From: an uncultured delta proteobacterium
GTDB taxonomy: Bacteria; Myxococcota_A; Polyangia; Polyangiales; Houyiibacteriaceae
Assembly: GCA_963699755.1 (NCBI GenBank)
Contig: CAVOVB010000007.1
Coordinates: 352,001-416,000 of the forward strand
Direction of reading: 5' to 3'
Length of the DNA: 64,000 bases
Shown here: positions 18,081-27,193 of the stretch, one piece after another
Numbering within the stretch: position 1 is the stretch's first letter
Layout: each line of letters opens with the position of its first letter
Program-made: the position numbers and the translations under genes
Notes under the pieces: generated by a model
What the model saw: only the letters and a program-made list of their open reading frames with translations
The model's database searches: none
Told to the model about the DNA's origin: nothing

Positions 18081-19051
18081 GGTATCAAAACGACTTTTCC
18101 CGTCGTTTCACGGCCCCCGAGCGCAGCCAGGGCGGCCTCGGCATCTTCGAGCGGGTATCTCGCAGAGACCAGTGGGGCGATTTTTCCTTCCGAATGCAGG
18201 GCATGAATGGCTTCCTGGGCTTGCTGGAGGACCGCTGGATTCTTCTGGAAGTAGAGACCCCAGTGCAAGCCGACCAAGGAGAAGTTCTTCACCATGACTC
18301 GGCTCATCTTCGCGGTGGGGATTCGGCCGCTCGCAAAGCCTACGATCAGAATCCTCCCTTCGAACGCAACACACTTGGTCGAGAGGTCAAAAATGTCCCC
18401 GCCGACCGGGTCGTAGATCACATCTGCTCCGCGCCCATCCGTCAGTTCCTTGACGCGCTTGATCCAGTTCTCTTCACGATAGTTGATGACTTCGCCCGCT
18501 CCGTTTCGTTTCGCAAGCGCGAGCTTGTCGGCAGTCCCGGCCGTTCCGATGACCTTCGCCCCGAGCGCGGCTCCGATCTGAACCGCTGCGAGCCCGACAC
18601 CGCCCGCCGCTGCATGCACCAGGAGCGTTTCGCCTTTCCGTAGGTTTGCACGATGCACCAAGCCAACGTACGAAGTCTGATAGACGAGGCCGAGCGCAGC
18701 GCCTTCCTCGAAGCTCATCCCCGCAGGAATGGGAAAGACGCGGGCTTCGGGTGCAGCCAATGTCGACGCGAAGCCACCGTACTCCAACAAAGCGCTCACC
18801 CGGTCTCCGACCGAGAAACGCGAAACACCTTCGCCCAGCTCGCGTACGATGCCGGCAACCTCGGCGCCGGGTGAGAACGGAAGCTCCGGTTGGATCTGGT
18901 ACTTACCTTCGGTGATCAGAGTGTCGAAGAAGTTGCAGCCCACCGCTTTCACATCGATGACCAACTCGCCCGGGCCAGCGTTCACCTCGCCCAGCTCTTC
19001 ACGCTCCAAGGCGGCCGGACCGGCCAGCTCGCGTACGACCATCCTGTACAT
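18077..19051 (-). CDS. NADPH:quinone oxidoreductase family (zeta-crystallin-like)
   Basis: GKYQIQPELPFSPGAE, LVHAAAGGVGLAAVQ, DVIYDPVGG. Confidence 0.9.
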   Translation of the reverse strand: MYRMVVRELAGPAALEREELGEVNAGPGELVIDVKAVGCNFFDTLITEGKYQIQPELPFSPGAEVAGIVRELGEGVSRFSVGDRVSALLEYGGFASTLAAPEARVFPIPAGMSFEEGAALGLVYQTSYVGLVHRANLRKGETLLVHAAAGGVGLAAVQIGAALGAKVIGTAGTADKLALAKRNGAGEVINYREENWIKRVKELTDGRGADVIYDPVGGDIFDLSTKCVAFEGRILIVGFASGRIPTAKMSRVMVKNFSLVGLHWGLYFQKNPAVLQQAQEAIHALHSEGKIAPLVSARYPLEDAEAALAALGGRETTGKVVLIP

Positions 19052-19131
19052 GGGCGCGGAGTTTGCCCTCAAAAACACGGCAAGACTAGGGAGTCGGGCC
19101 AAAAACCCGCAGGTGCTGGTATAAGTAGACG

Positions 19132-20142
19132 ATGGCTGCGGAGAGACGAAAATACCCGCTCCCTGCGGGCGTCCTTCCGGCGAAACCGCAGGCTGGCGGC
19201 GACGACAGCGGTTCGAGCGTTCGCGCCAAGGCGCCCGTGCCCGCGGACAAAGTCAAGCACAGCCAACCCGTGCTCAAAGAAAGCCTCGTCGAGCTCGGGC
19301 GGGGGCTCGTCGACGAGCTCGTGACGCTCGGTCCGAACGAGATCGCACCGGTCGTCAGACGACTCGTGGCGCTCGGGAATTTCGGGCTGGAAGAACTGGT
19401 GAGGAGCTTTCCGGGGCCGCTCTGGGATGATGCCCTGGCCACCCACTCGCGATTGCAGCGACCCGAAGAGATCTCCGCGGTCGCTGCCGCTCTCGCCGCC
19501 TTCGAAGGTGAAGCGATCCCGTATCTCGCACGCCTGATGCGCCAGCCGAGCCCGAAGGTTCGCTACTACGCGGCGGTGATCTGCGCGGCGTATTCGAGTC
19601 CCCGCCTTATCGAACCGCTGATGCAGGTTTCCCTCGACGAAGACCGGGAATGCCGGCGCGTGGCCCTCCATCTGCTCAGCGCGTACCAACACGAGGCACT
19701 CTACCGCAGCGCCCTCGGCGAGCTTCGCCGCTGCGCATCTGAAATTTCCCAGCCGCTCGCCATTCGGCGCCGTGCAATCTCGGCGCTGACCCAACTTCGA
19801 GACGAGGCCTCGGCTCCGCTCTTCGTCGAGTTGCTGGCTGATGCCGATCGCGGCATTGCGACCGCGTGCCGTGTGGGGCTCAGGGTGCTGACCGCGCACG
19901 ACTTCGGATTTGCGCGCGACCCATGGCTCCGCTGGCTCTCGGAGCGCGGTCACGAAATCCGCACTCAATGGCTGATCGAAGGTCTCGGAGACGGCCGCGC
20001 CAATATTCGGCTGCTGGCATCGCGTGAGCTCTGGCATCTGACCCACTACCTGCAGCCATTGTCAGAGACAGCCGATCGTGAGGAATTTCTGTCCGCCCAG
20101 GAGCGCTACCAGCGTTGGTCGACAAGAAACCAACCGGTGTGA
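19132..20142 (+). CDS. HEAT-repeat protein, paralogous to the C-terminal domain of 23183-25306
   Basis: FPGPLW, IPYLARLM..PKVRYYA, LTAHDFG..W..W, WLIEGL motifs shared with the neighbouring protein. Confidence 0.8.
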   Translation: MAAERRKYPLPAGVLPAKPQAGGDDSGSSVRAKAPVPADKVKHSQPVLKESLVELGRGLVDELVTLGPNEIAPVVRRLVALGNFGLEELVRSFPGPLWDDALATHSRLQRPEEISAVAAALAAFEGEAIPYLARLMRQPSPKVRYYAAVICAAYSSPRLIEPLMQVSLDEDRECRRVALHLLSAYQHEALYRSALGELRRCASEISQPLAIRRRAISALTQLRDEASAPLFVELLADADRGIATACRVGLRVLTAHDFGFARDPWLRWLSERGHEIRTQWLIEGLGDGRANIRLLASRELWHLTHYLQPLSETADREEFLSAQERYQRWSTRNQPV

Positions 20143-20727
20143 CTAGAGCAGCCCGGCTTCACGCAGGAAAGCGCGCAGGGGCTCGACGCCTTCGAAGACC
20201 ACGCTCTGGATTCCAAGATCCCGCGCTACTTGGCAGTTGCCGACACGATCATCGACGAACAGGCACTCCTCGGGGGCTGCGCCGAGGGCTGCCAAGGCAT
20301 GTAGGTACGCCGCCGGGTCGGGCTTTCGCAAACCTGTGAGACAGGAGACGAACGTCCAATCGAGAAAGCGCGACGGCCTTAAACGTTCCTCGATCATTCG
20401 ATACCAAACGGGATAGTTGGAGAACGCGTGCATCCTGTGGCCTGCACGGTGAAGCTCGGCCAGAAGCTCTTCGATCCCAGGTAGCCATCGGTATGAAGCG
20501 CGAACCCTACCGAGGAAAGCTTGGCGGTCGAAGTCCCGACCGTCGGCAAAGAAGACATCTAGAAAGTCGTCCTCGCTGCGTTCCCCGCGCTCAAACTCGA
20601 CCCAGGCGCTCGGGTGCTTCACCACAAGCAGCTCGTCGAGGCTCATCGAGAAGAAGTCCGGCATCTCCACGAAAAATGGATCGTGTACCAGTGTTCCCAG
20701 GACGTCCCAAAGAAGGATCGGAGGCAT
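20143..20727 (-). CDS. HAD-family phosphatase
   Basis: LWDVLGTL, FSN, RKPDP, FVDDRVGN motifs I-IV. Confidence 0.85.
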   Translation of the reverse strand: MPPILLWDVLGTLVHDPFFVEMPDFFSMSLDELLVVKHPSAWVEFERGERSEDDFLDVFFADGRDFDRQAFLGRVRASYRWLPGIEELLAELHRAGHRMHAFSNYPVWYRMIEERLRPSRFLDWTFVSCLTGLRKPDPAAYLHALAALGAAPEECLFVDDRVGNCQVARDLGIQSVVFEGVEPLRAFLREAGLL

Positions 20728-20731
20728 CCGC

Positions 20732-23146
20732 TCAGCCCAGCATGGAGTCACGGAGCTCTTCCGGCGCGCGCCGCTCCAGCCCGTGACGCCGGAGCTTATC
20801 CAAGAAAGTCGTGCGTTTGAGCCCCAGCATGCGCGCTGCTTCGCTCTTGTTGCCGCCGGATCGAAGTAGTGCGCGCTCGAGAAGACGGCACTCCACCTCG
20901 CTATAGGTCCCGGTCAGCGACTCCTCTTCGTCGGCAACGGGCCAGGCAAGCGGCGGCAGGTCTCGGAGGGCGATCGTCCTGGCAGATGCCTGGCCGACCG
21001 CAAGCTCGATGATCAGCTCGAGCTCGGCGATGTCACCGGGCCAGTCGTGTTCGACCAAGGCGGCCATCGCTTCCTCTTCGATGCCGACGGGCTCGCGGGC
21101 CAGAACCCGGCATGCCCGATCGATGGCCAGTAGCGCTAGCGATGGAACGTCCTCGCGCCGGTCGCGCAAAGACGGAATCGTGAGGCCGTGTCGAGAGAAC
21201 CGTCCTGCGAGGTCGGGGATGAGCGCACCGCGAATCTCGAGCTCGCCGATCGGAGCGCGTGTGGTCGCGATGAGCCTTGGCTGCAGCGCCTGGGGCTCTT
21301 CGCCGCCCTCCGCTTGCGCGTCCTGCTCGCTCAACGCTGCCGCGAGACGCGCCTGATTCTGCTTGGAGAGCGCGGGGAGATCTCGCAGGAGCAAGGTCCC
21401 AGCCGCTGCGGACTGAAACCAACCCGCACCGCCCCCGCTCTCGGAGCCGAAGAGCAAGCTCGCGACCTGCTCTGAGGGCACAGCGGAGCAATCCGCCACC
21501 ACGAAGGGCGCCGCCCAGCGCGGCCCTCGGTCATGGATGAAGCGGGAGACCGGCAAGACGGGAGACCCCGCCGGGGCGACGATCAAGACCGGATCGGTCA
21601 CCGGGGCAAGCTCGATCGCACGCCTCTGCACGCGCCTCATCGATCGGCTGTATGCGACGTACAGAGTCCGATCTTCGGCGAGCCCGCGCCCGAGGACGTC
21701 ACATTGGCCCCGCAGCTGTTCGAGCTCCCCTTCGAGCGCGGTGATCCGATCTTCGGCCTCACGGCGCAGTGTGGAAAGCTTCTGAATACGGTTGTCAGCC
21801 CGGCGTTGTGCAAGGGCCGAGGCCAGTGCGCCGCCGAGCGAATCGGCCAATCGACCCAACTCCTCGAGCTCGATGTGCGAAAGCGGCTCCGACCGATCGC
21901 CGAGCGGCAGAAGCAGGACCCCTTCGATCTGGTCGAAATGCACGCAAGGGACCGCGCAACCGATCCCCTGGAGCTCCATCGTATGCACCAGATCCCGAAT
22001 GGACGGCTCCCGAACGACTCGGGCGCGCAAGCTCACGAGGTCGAGGACTTCTTGATGACCGTCGACGAACAGAGCCTGTGTGACGGCCGCAGGAGCGTGG
22101 GCCGGCCTGATGTTCGCCCGTTCACCGGCGTCGAGCCGGATGCGCAGCGGGGGATCTAGGGTGTAGAGCTCCGGACGCTCCTCTTGCTCGCCCCGCGCCC
22201 TACTAAAGGGGACGAGAATGCCTGCGGCGATCTCGTCGAGCACCGCTCCTCCGATCAAGCCCCTCCTGGCGGCCTCCGCCCCCTCTGCGAGGCGGCCCGA
22301 GGTGCTCCAAACCGCGCGATTGGAAAGCCTTCGCACGAAGGAAAACATCATCCACCAAAGCACTCCGGAGCCGAGCGCAAACAGGCCGAGCTGCCATCGC
22401 TCGAGGAGCGCGGCCGGAGCAAAGCCATAGGTCAGCGCGAAGCACGCCGCAGACGCGAGGACAACGGGCACGCCGACACGGCGTAAGGAACGCCACCCCG
22501 AGTCTAACCAGGCGAGATGTCCAAGCCAGAGCAGCGAGGCGACGGCGAATTCGACCGTGGTCGCCAGCAAGCCCTCGAACGGACCGAACCAGGCATAGGC
22601 GAGTCCAACTGCAAGGCTAGCAAGCGCGATGCCTGACAAGCCGCCCTCGACCACATGCCCTCTGTCGACCAACACGATCTGATGAAGGGCGCCGGTCGCC
22701 AGAATCCCCACGACGACCACCACCCCAAAAGTCATTTCCGGCAGCAAGCCCTGGCGGGCCAAGCCGGCCCCGGCGAACGCAGCGAACGCGAGGGTCCCGA
22801 GAATACCGAAGCGTACCACCGGCCGGGTCTCGGGCGGCAAGACGAGATCGACGGTCGCAAGGGTTGCGAGCAGCCAGGCGATCTCGTGCGTGCGCTCGAG
22901 GAGCGCGGAACTGGTCCCAGCCGACGCGATCGCCACGGCCAGGCTCACGCCCATGAATCCCAACCTCGACGCGCCGCGCCTGCTCGACCAGGATGACAGG
23001 AGGATGAGCGGGGTCAGGGAAAGCCCGAGTGACAACAAGACGTGCACCCACTCAGGGGACGCCGCGGCATTCGAAGAGGCCCGCGCCGCCAGAACATAAA
23101 GAACGGACGCAGGACCCAGGATGGTTAGGAGCCTCGGAATTCGCAC
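20732..23146 (-). CDS. Membrane-anchored sigma54-activator-like (Fis-HTH) regulator with degenerate AAA+ domain
   Basis: About 9 N-terminal TM, GAF-like region, coiled coil, bEBP-like core (PFVVADC..LFG, IPSLRDRREDV, HDWPGD) and GGNKSEAARMLGLKRTT HTH. Confidence 0.8.
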   Translation of the reverse strand: MRIPRLLTILGPASVLYVLAARASSNAAASPEWVHVLLSLGLSLTPLILLSSWSSRRGASRLGFMGVSLAVAIASAGTSSALLERTHEIAWLLATLATVDLVLPPETRPVVRFGILGTLAFAAFAGAGLARQGLLPEMTFGVVVVVGILATGALHQIVLVDRGHVVEGGLSGIALASLAVGLAYAWFGPFEGLLATTVEFAVASLLWLGHLAWLDSGWRSLRRVGVPVVLASAACFALTYGFAPAALLERWQLGLFALGSGVLWWMMFSFVRRLSNRAVWSTSGRLAEGAEAARRGLIGGAVLDEIAAGILVPFSRARGEQEERPELYTLDPPLRIRLDAGERANIRPAHAPAAVTQALFVDGHQEVLDLVSLRARVVREPSIRDLVHTMELQGIGCAVPCVHFDQIEGVLLLPLGDRSEPLSHIELEELGRLADSLGGALASALAQRRADNRIQKLSTLRREAEDRITALEGELEQLRGQCDVLGRGLAEDRTLYVAYSRSMRRVQRRAIELAPVTDPVLIVAPAGSPVLPVSRFIHDRGPRWAAPFVVADCSAVPSEQVASLLFGSESGGGAGWFQSAAAGTLLLRDLPALSKQNQARLAAALSEQDAQAEGGEEPQALQPRLIATTRAPIGELEIRGALIPDLAGRFSRHGLTIPSLRDRREDVPSLALLAIDRACRVLAREPVGIEEEAMAALVEHDWPGDIAELELIIELAVGQASARTIALRDLPPLAWPVADEEESLTGTYSEVECRLLERALLRSGGNKSEAARMLGLKRTTFLDKLRRHGLERRAPEELRDSMLG

Positions 23147-23182
23147 GATTGGAGCTCGTCTACGCGACGCGGCCGAAGTCTA

Positions 23183-25306
23183 TCACTGGCCGTCCACATG
23201 ACCAGAATCGTGGGGCCGCGGCTCCACAAACATCCTGAAACCAACGGCCACCCACCAGGTCCGATACTTCTTCTGGGCAGCGATGCGCGCCCTCTTCGGC
23301 TGGCCGGGCTCGTAGCCGAAGTCTTCCTGCGTCAGGTGCCTGAGCTCTTCGGCCGCGCGCCGGCGCAAGCGCTCATCCGAATGCATCAGCGCATTGATGA
23401 GCCAAACCACGCGGTGTTCGTTGCGGTGCTTGTCGTACCAGGCGGTCCACTTCTTCTTTCTCCTATTGAAGTCCTGGCAACTCAGGCGCACCAGGCTTGC
23501 ATGGGCAGCCGCGACCACCCTAGCGTCCGGACTTTCGAGCAAGAAGGTGAAGAATTCGAATGAATCCATGTCGCGCAGTTTTCCGAGCGCCTCGATGGCA
23601 GCTACCTGTGGCTCGAGGTTTCGGCCGTCGCGCGCAGATGCCCGAAGCCGTTCGATGAGCTGCGTGAACTCGACCTCGCAGGCATAGAGGACGCTCAGCG
23701 CTCTGTATGCGCTACTGCGAACCCCCGGATCGGAGTCGTATAATCGCCGGCCAACCGCTTGGACGAGGTCGGGGTGAACGAATTCGGAAGCGAGAACCGA
23801 CGCGTAGTAGCGAACGTCGGGGTCCTCGTCGTCGAGCAAGGGGAGCAAATAGGGGACCGAACGCTGGCCGAACGCCACGAAAGCTCTCGCGATCGGTGAA
23901 ACATCTCTGCCTGCTGGGACGTTCGCGTGGGGCTCATTGCGATCAAACCAGAGCCCACCCGGAAACTCGCGGGCCAGGGCCGGCAGCGCAGCCTCGCCAA
24001 TCGCCAACAAAGAAACGATGAGCCTTTCGTCGTCGGGTCCGGCCTCCCGAAGCTCGGCGACGAGCCCTTCGACCTCTTCTCCATAGTCGATGATGATGCT
24101 CGGGAGCGAGCCTAGCTCGGCCGCCGGCGCTGGTGCAGGACCCCACCTTCGGCCCGCGGGCTCCGTCTCGACGTTGGGCGGTGCGGAGCTCGGACCTCCG
24201 GGACGAAGGGACACGACGTCGTGCGCGATCGCGCTCCCGTCGTTGTCACGACGCGGATCGATGGGCAGATGATGCCCTGCGCGTCCGGAAGGCGGCGAAG
24301 GCGAAGGTTGCCAATCGGCGCCTGGCACGGGGGGCCAGGGGGCGGGCTGCCAGCCAGAGGCCGCTCTGGAAGACTTCTTGGGCGCTGGCGCGGGCTGCCA
24401 GGCCTGGGCGTCGGGCCGCACGGCCCCAGCCGGCGCAGGTGCCGGTTGCCAACCGCGCGTCGGCCCGCCGGGGAACGAGGCGCCATCCCCTGAAGGGCGC
24501 TGGGAGCTCCTTTGCCTCATCAACGGTCGGCCGAGGATTTCAGGAGGACGTGGTGGAAGGCTATAGCGGGTGGCGTCGACGAAGCCGGTCGTCGGATCGG
24601 AGCGCTTGCGATGTGGACCCGGGTCGGAATCGCGAAACGTGCCCGCGGGAACCGAGGAGCCGACCTTCGACGCCGCTACCAGAGGGGGTTCGGTATCGGC
24701 AATGCCGGTGGGCGGCGGGCTTGAGGACTCGAGGCGCGGGAAGGAGCCTGAGACCTGCTTCACGGGCGGGAGCGAGCTCCTGCTCCCGACGCCTTCGAAC
24801 GGCGCAACATAAGGAACTGGGCCGGCATCAGCAGCCTCGAGCTGGTGGTTGAGCTGCCTCATCCGGGTCGTCATCTCGATGTCGTAGTGACGAGCCAAGC
24901 CCGCCTCGACGCGCACCGAACAAACGATCCGCTGGACAGGGTCGATACCGAGCTCGAAGGAGATTTCGCGGAGCGTGGCATGTGGGAGTGGACGATCGAC
25001 CACCAAGACGACCGCATCTTCGGTCCTTGCGACGGGAATCAAGCGATGCCGGACGGCGAACTCGCGGGGCAAGACACGGATGGTGGTGATCGCCGTCTGC
25101 ATCACCTCGTCACGCGTGGCCGGCAAGAGCCCGTAGACGGCCGCGCAGTAGGCGTTCATCTCGTTCTCGCGAAGCAAGCCGAGCTCGAGGAGAACGGTGT
25201 CGAGATTGCCCCCGCGCATGACCTGATCCTGAATGGCCCCTTGCATTCTATCGATGGAGATCACCTGGTCGCGGACCAGGAGCGAGGCAAGAGCGGACAT
25301 ATCCAT
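23183..25306 (-). CDS. GspE/PilB N-terminal-like domain + Pro-rich linker + HEAT repeats (FrgA-like architecture)
   Basis: N-terminal LASLLV..AIQDQ..GGNLDTVLLELG..FAVRHRLIPV; no ATPase domain; C-terminal HEAT repeats. Confidence 0.7.
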   Translation of the reverse strand: MDMSALASLLVRDQVISIDRMQGAIQDQVMRGGNLDTVLLELGLLRENEMNAYCAAVYGLLPATRDEVMQTAITTIRVLPREFAVRHRLIPVARTEDAVVLVVDRPLPHATLREISFELGIDPVQRIVCSVRVEAGLARHYDIEMTTRMRQLNHQLEAADAGPVPYVAPFEGVGSRSSLPPVKQVSGSFPRLESSSPPPTGIADTEPPLVAASKVGSSVPAGTFRDSDPGPHRKRSDPTTGFVDATRYSLPPRPPEILGRPLMRQRSSQRPSGDGASFPGGPTRGWQPAPAPAGAVRPDAQAWQPAPAPKKSSRAASGWQPAPWPPVPGADWQPSPSPPSGRAGHHLPIDPRRDNDGSAIAHDVVSLRPGGPSSAPPNVETEPAGRRWGPAPAPAAELGSLPSIIIDYGEEVEGLVAELREAGPDDERLIVSLLAIGEAALPALAREFPGGLWFDRNEPHANVPAGRDVSPIARAFVAFGQRSVPYLLPLLDDEDPDVRYYASVLASEFVHPDLVQAVGRRLYDSDPGVRSSAYRALSVLYACEVEFTQLIERLRASARDGRNLEPQVAAIEALGKLRDMDSFEFFTFLLESPDARVVAAAHASLVRLSCQDFNRRKKKWTAWYDKHRNEHRVVWLINALMHSDERLRRRAAEELRHLTQEDFGYEPGQPKRARIAAQKKYRTWWVAVGFRMFVEPRPHDSGHVDGQ
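24125..24452 (-). repeat. Dispersed WQPAP peptide repeats in the linker
   Basis: WQPAPAP x2, WQPAPWP, WQPSPSP, WGPAPAP. Confidence 0.7.
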
Positions 25307-25336
25307 CGCAATGTTGGCTTTGGACCCGATGACCTG

Positions 25337-26068
25337 TCAACGAGCTTGTCGGAAATCACCGAGGCGGTCTGCAATGAGCGCCAGGGCAGCGGGCACGGCG
25401 GTTTCGACCCGCAGGACCCTGGTTCCCAAGCTGGCGACCGAAAACCCCGACCCTTCGAAGATCGCGATCTCCTCGTCGGTGAATCCTCCTTCTGGTCCCA
25501 GTGCGCACCATATCTGCTCGAGGGTCGGTTCGAGCGCGAGCGCTCCCTGAGCTCTGGCTCCGAACAAGACGCCTCGAGCGTCTGTTGGCACCGCCTCGAG
25601 CCATGCGCTCACGGGGCGAGGGGGGTGCACGATCGGGATGTCGTCGCGCTCACATTGAGCGGCCGCCTCGTTGGCGATTCGCGTCAGTCGTTCGACGCGT
25701 GAGCGCGCGCGCGCGCAATCCCAGCGGGGAACCGTTCGTTCGGTCTGCATCAGCGCGACCTCGTCGACGCCAAGCTCAGTTGCCATGCGCACGCAGTCGT
25801 CGAGCTTCGAGCCTTTTGGGATCGCAAGCATGAGGACGACGCGGGCGCGTTTCGTTTCGGCGGTTCGCGCAGGCTCTGCACGACAGAGCACCTCGCCAAC
25901 GACCGACTCGAGCCGCGCCGCCGCGGCGCGTCCCTTGCCATCGAATAGGACGACTGCGTCGCCGGTGCGAAGACGGAGCACGTGAACGTGAGAGCTCGCC
26001 GCGTCTCCGAGCAGCACCGCTCCGCCCTCCTCCGGTAGCTCCGGCACGTAGAGTCTACGAACGGTCAT
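25337..26068 (-). CDS. rsmE: 16S rRNA m3U1498 methyltransferase
   Basis: HVHVLRL, ATELGV, EAAAQCER, LGPEGGF, LGTRVLRVETA. Confidence 0.95.
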   Translation of the reverse strand: MTVRRLYVPELPEEGGAVLLGDAASSHVHVLRLRTGDAVVLFDGKGRAAAARLESVVGEVLCRAEPARTAETKRARVVLMLAIPKGSKLDDCVRMATELGVDEVALMQTERTVPRWDCARARSRVERLTRIANEAAAQCERDDIPIVHPPRPVSAWLEAVPTDARGVLFGARAQGALALEPTLEQIWCALGPEGGFTDEEIAIFEGSGFSVASLGTRVLRVETAVPAALALIADRLGDFRQAR

Positions 26069-26922
26069 GGCTCGTCGGGCCTCAGGACGCAGGCGCACCA
26101 CTCTCCCTCTTCGAGGCAGGCCTCGAGCTCCATCGGGGCGTAGGCAGCGAGCAGAGCGTCCCGTTCGCCGCGCAGGATCCCACTCAAAACGAGAACCCCA
26201 GCGGGCGCCAGGCGCGCTTGGAGGTCCTCGGGCATCTGAACGAGAACCCTGGTTTCGATGTTGGCGAGGACGATGTCGTAGTCGCCGTCGATTTCGGTCA
26301 GTGGCCGCGTCGAGACCTGAATTCCCTGCGCGACGCCGTTGAGAGCTGCATTTCGTCGTGCGACGACCACGGCATCCTCGTCGATGTCGATTGCGACAGC
26401 AGACTCGGCGCCGAGACGGAGCGCGGCGATCGACAAGACCCCGCTTCCGCATCCGACGTCCAAGACCCGCTCCCCGCCAGACACTCTCTGATCGAGGACC
26501 CGTAGGACGAGCCTGGTCGTTTCGTGGTCGCCGCTTCCGAATGCATTCTCTGGATCGATCGTGAGGACCACGTCGCCGTGCTTGCCGTCCGCCTGCTCCC
26601 AGGAAGGGTGGAGCAGAAGGCGCTGGCCAATACGCTGAGCACCAAAGCCGCGTCGCCACTCCGTCGCCCAGTCCTCTTGGGCCACGTAGATGAGATCGGC
26701 TTCGTACTCGCTACCGATCTCGCGCAAGGCGTACCGCGCGGAGGCCTCGTCCGGAAATGCTGCGATGACGACGGCCTCGCCCAGGGCCGGCTCCCGCACC
26801 AGCGTGGTTTGGTCGCGCTCTTCGAGGCCTGTTGCGCCAAGCTCCCAGAGTCGGAGCTCCGCCAGCTCGAGCTGCTCGGCTCGAACCCGAATGGTCACGA
26901 ACGGATGGCGGGCCTCGGTCAT
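26065..26922 (-). CDS. prmA: Ribosomal protein L11 methyltransferase
   Basis: IDPENAFGSGDHETT, VLDVGCGSGVL, DIVLANI, LVLSGIL. Confidence 0.93.
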   Translation of the reverse strand: MTEARHPFVTIRVRAEQLELAELRLWELGATGLEERDQTTLVREPALGEAVVIAAFPDEASARYALREIGSEYEADLIYVAQEDWATEWRRGFGAQRIGQRLLLHPSWEQADGKHGDVVLTIDPENAFGSGDHETTRLVLRVLDQRVSGGERVLDVGCGSGVLSIAALRLGAESAVAIDIDEDAVVVARRNAALNGVAQGIQVSTRPLTEIDGDYDIVLANIETRVLVQMPEDLQARLAPAGVLVLSGILRGERDALLAAYAPMELEACLEEGEWCACVLRPDEP

Positions 26923-27158
26923 CGCAGTTCGACCATGCGGGCGGAGAGGTAGATCACCAGGAACAAAACCCAAGTGATTGGGCCGAGGCGGTTGCCGCCA
27001 CGCCAGGCGACGATGGGCGTGAAGAACGGCACGATGAATCCCAGGTAGCGCCATTGCGCAGCCAAGGGGCCGGAAAGCACGCGCCAGGCCATCACGAGGT
27101 GCGTGAACAGAAGCGCGGCGCCAGAAAGAGCCCAAAGCGCAAGCAACCAGAGTTCCAC
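26919..27158 (-). CDS. Small membrane protein (about 79 aa)
   Basis: Three hydrophobic segments; stop overlaps the prmA start; GTG start inferred. Confidence 0.55.
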   Translation of the reverse strand: MELWLLALWALSGAALLFTHLVMAWRVLSGPLAAQWRYLGFIVPFFTPIVAWRGGNRLGPITWVLFLVIYLSARMVELR

Positions 27159-27193
27159 AAGTCGCGTTCTAGCCCATTGTGGGAAATTGCGCC

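Noticed and set aside
25100..25306. MshEN c-di-GMP-binding motif in the FrgA-like protein
   Set aside because: The RLG signature is missing in both half-motifs (ALA, NLD), so c-di-GMP binding is not supported
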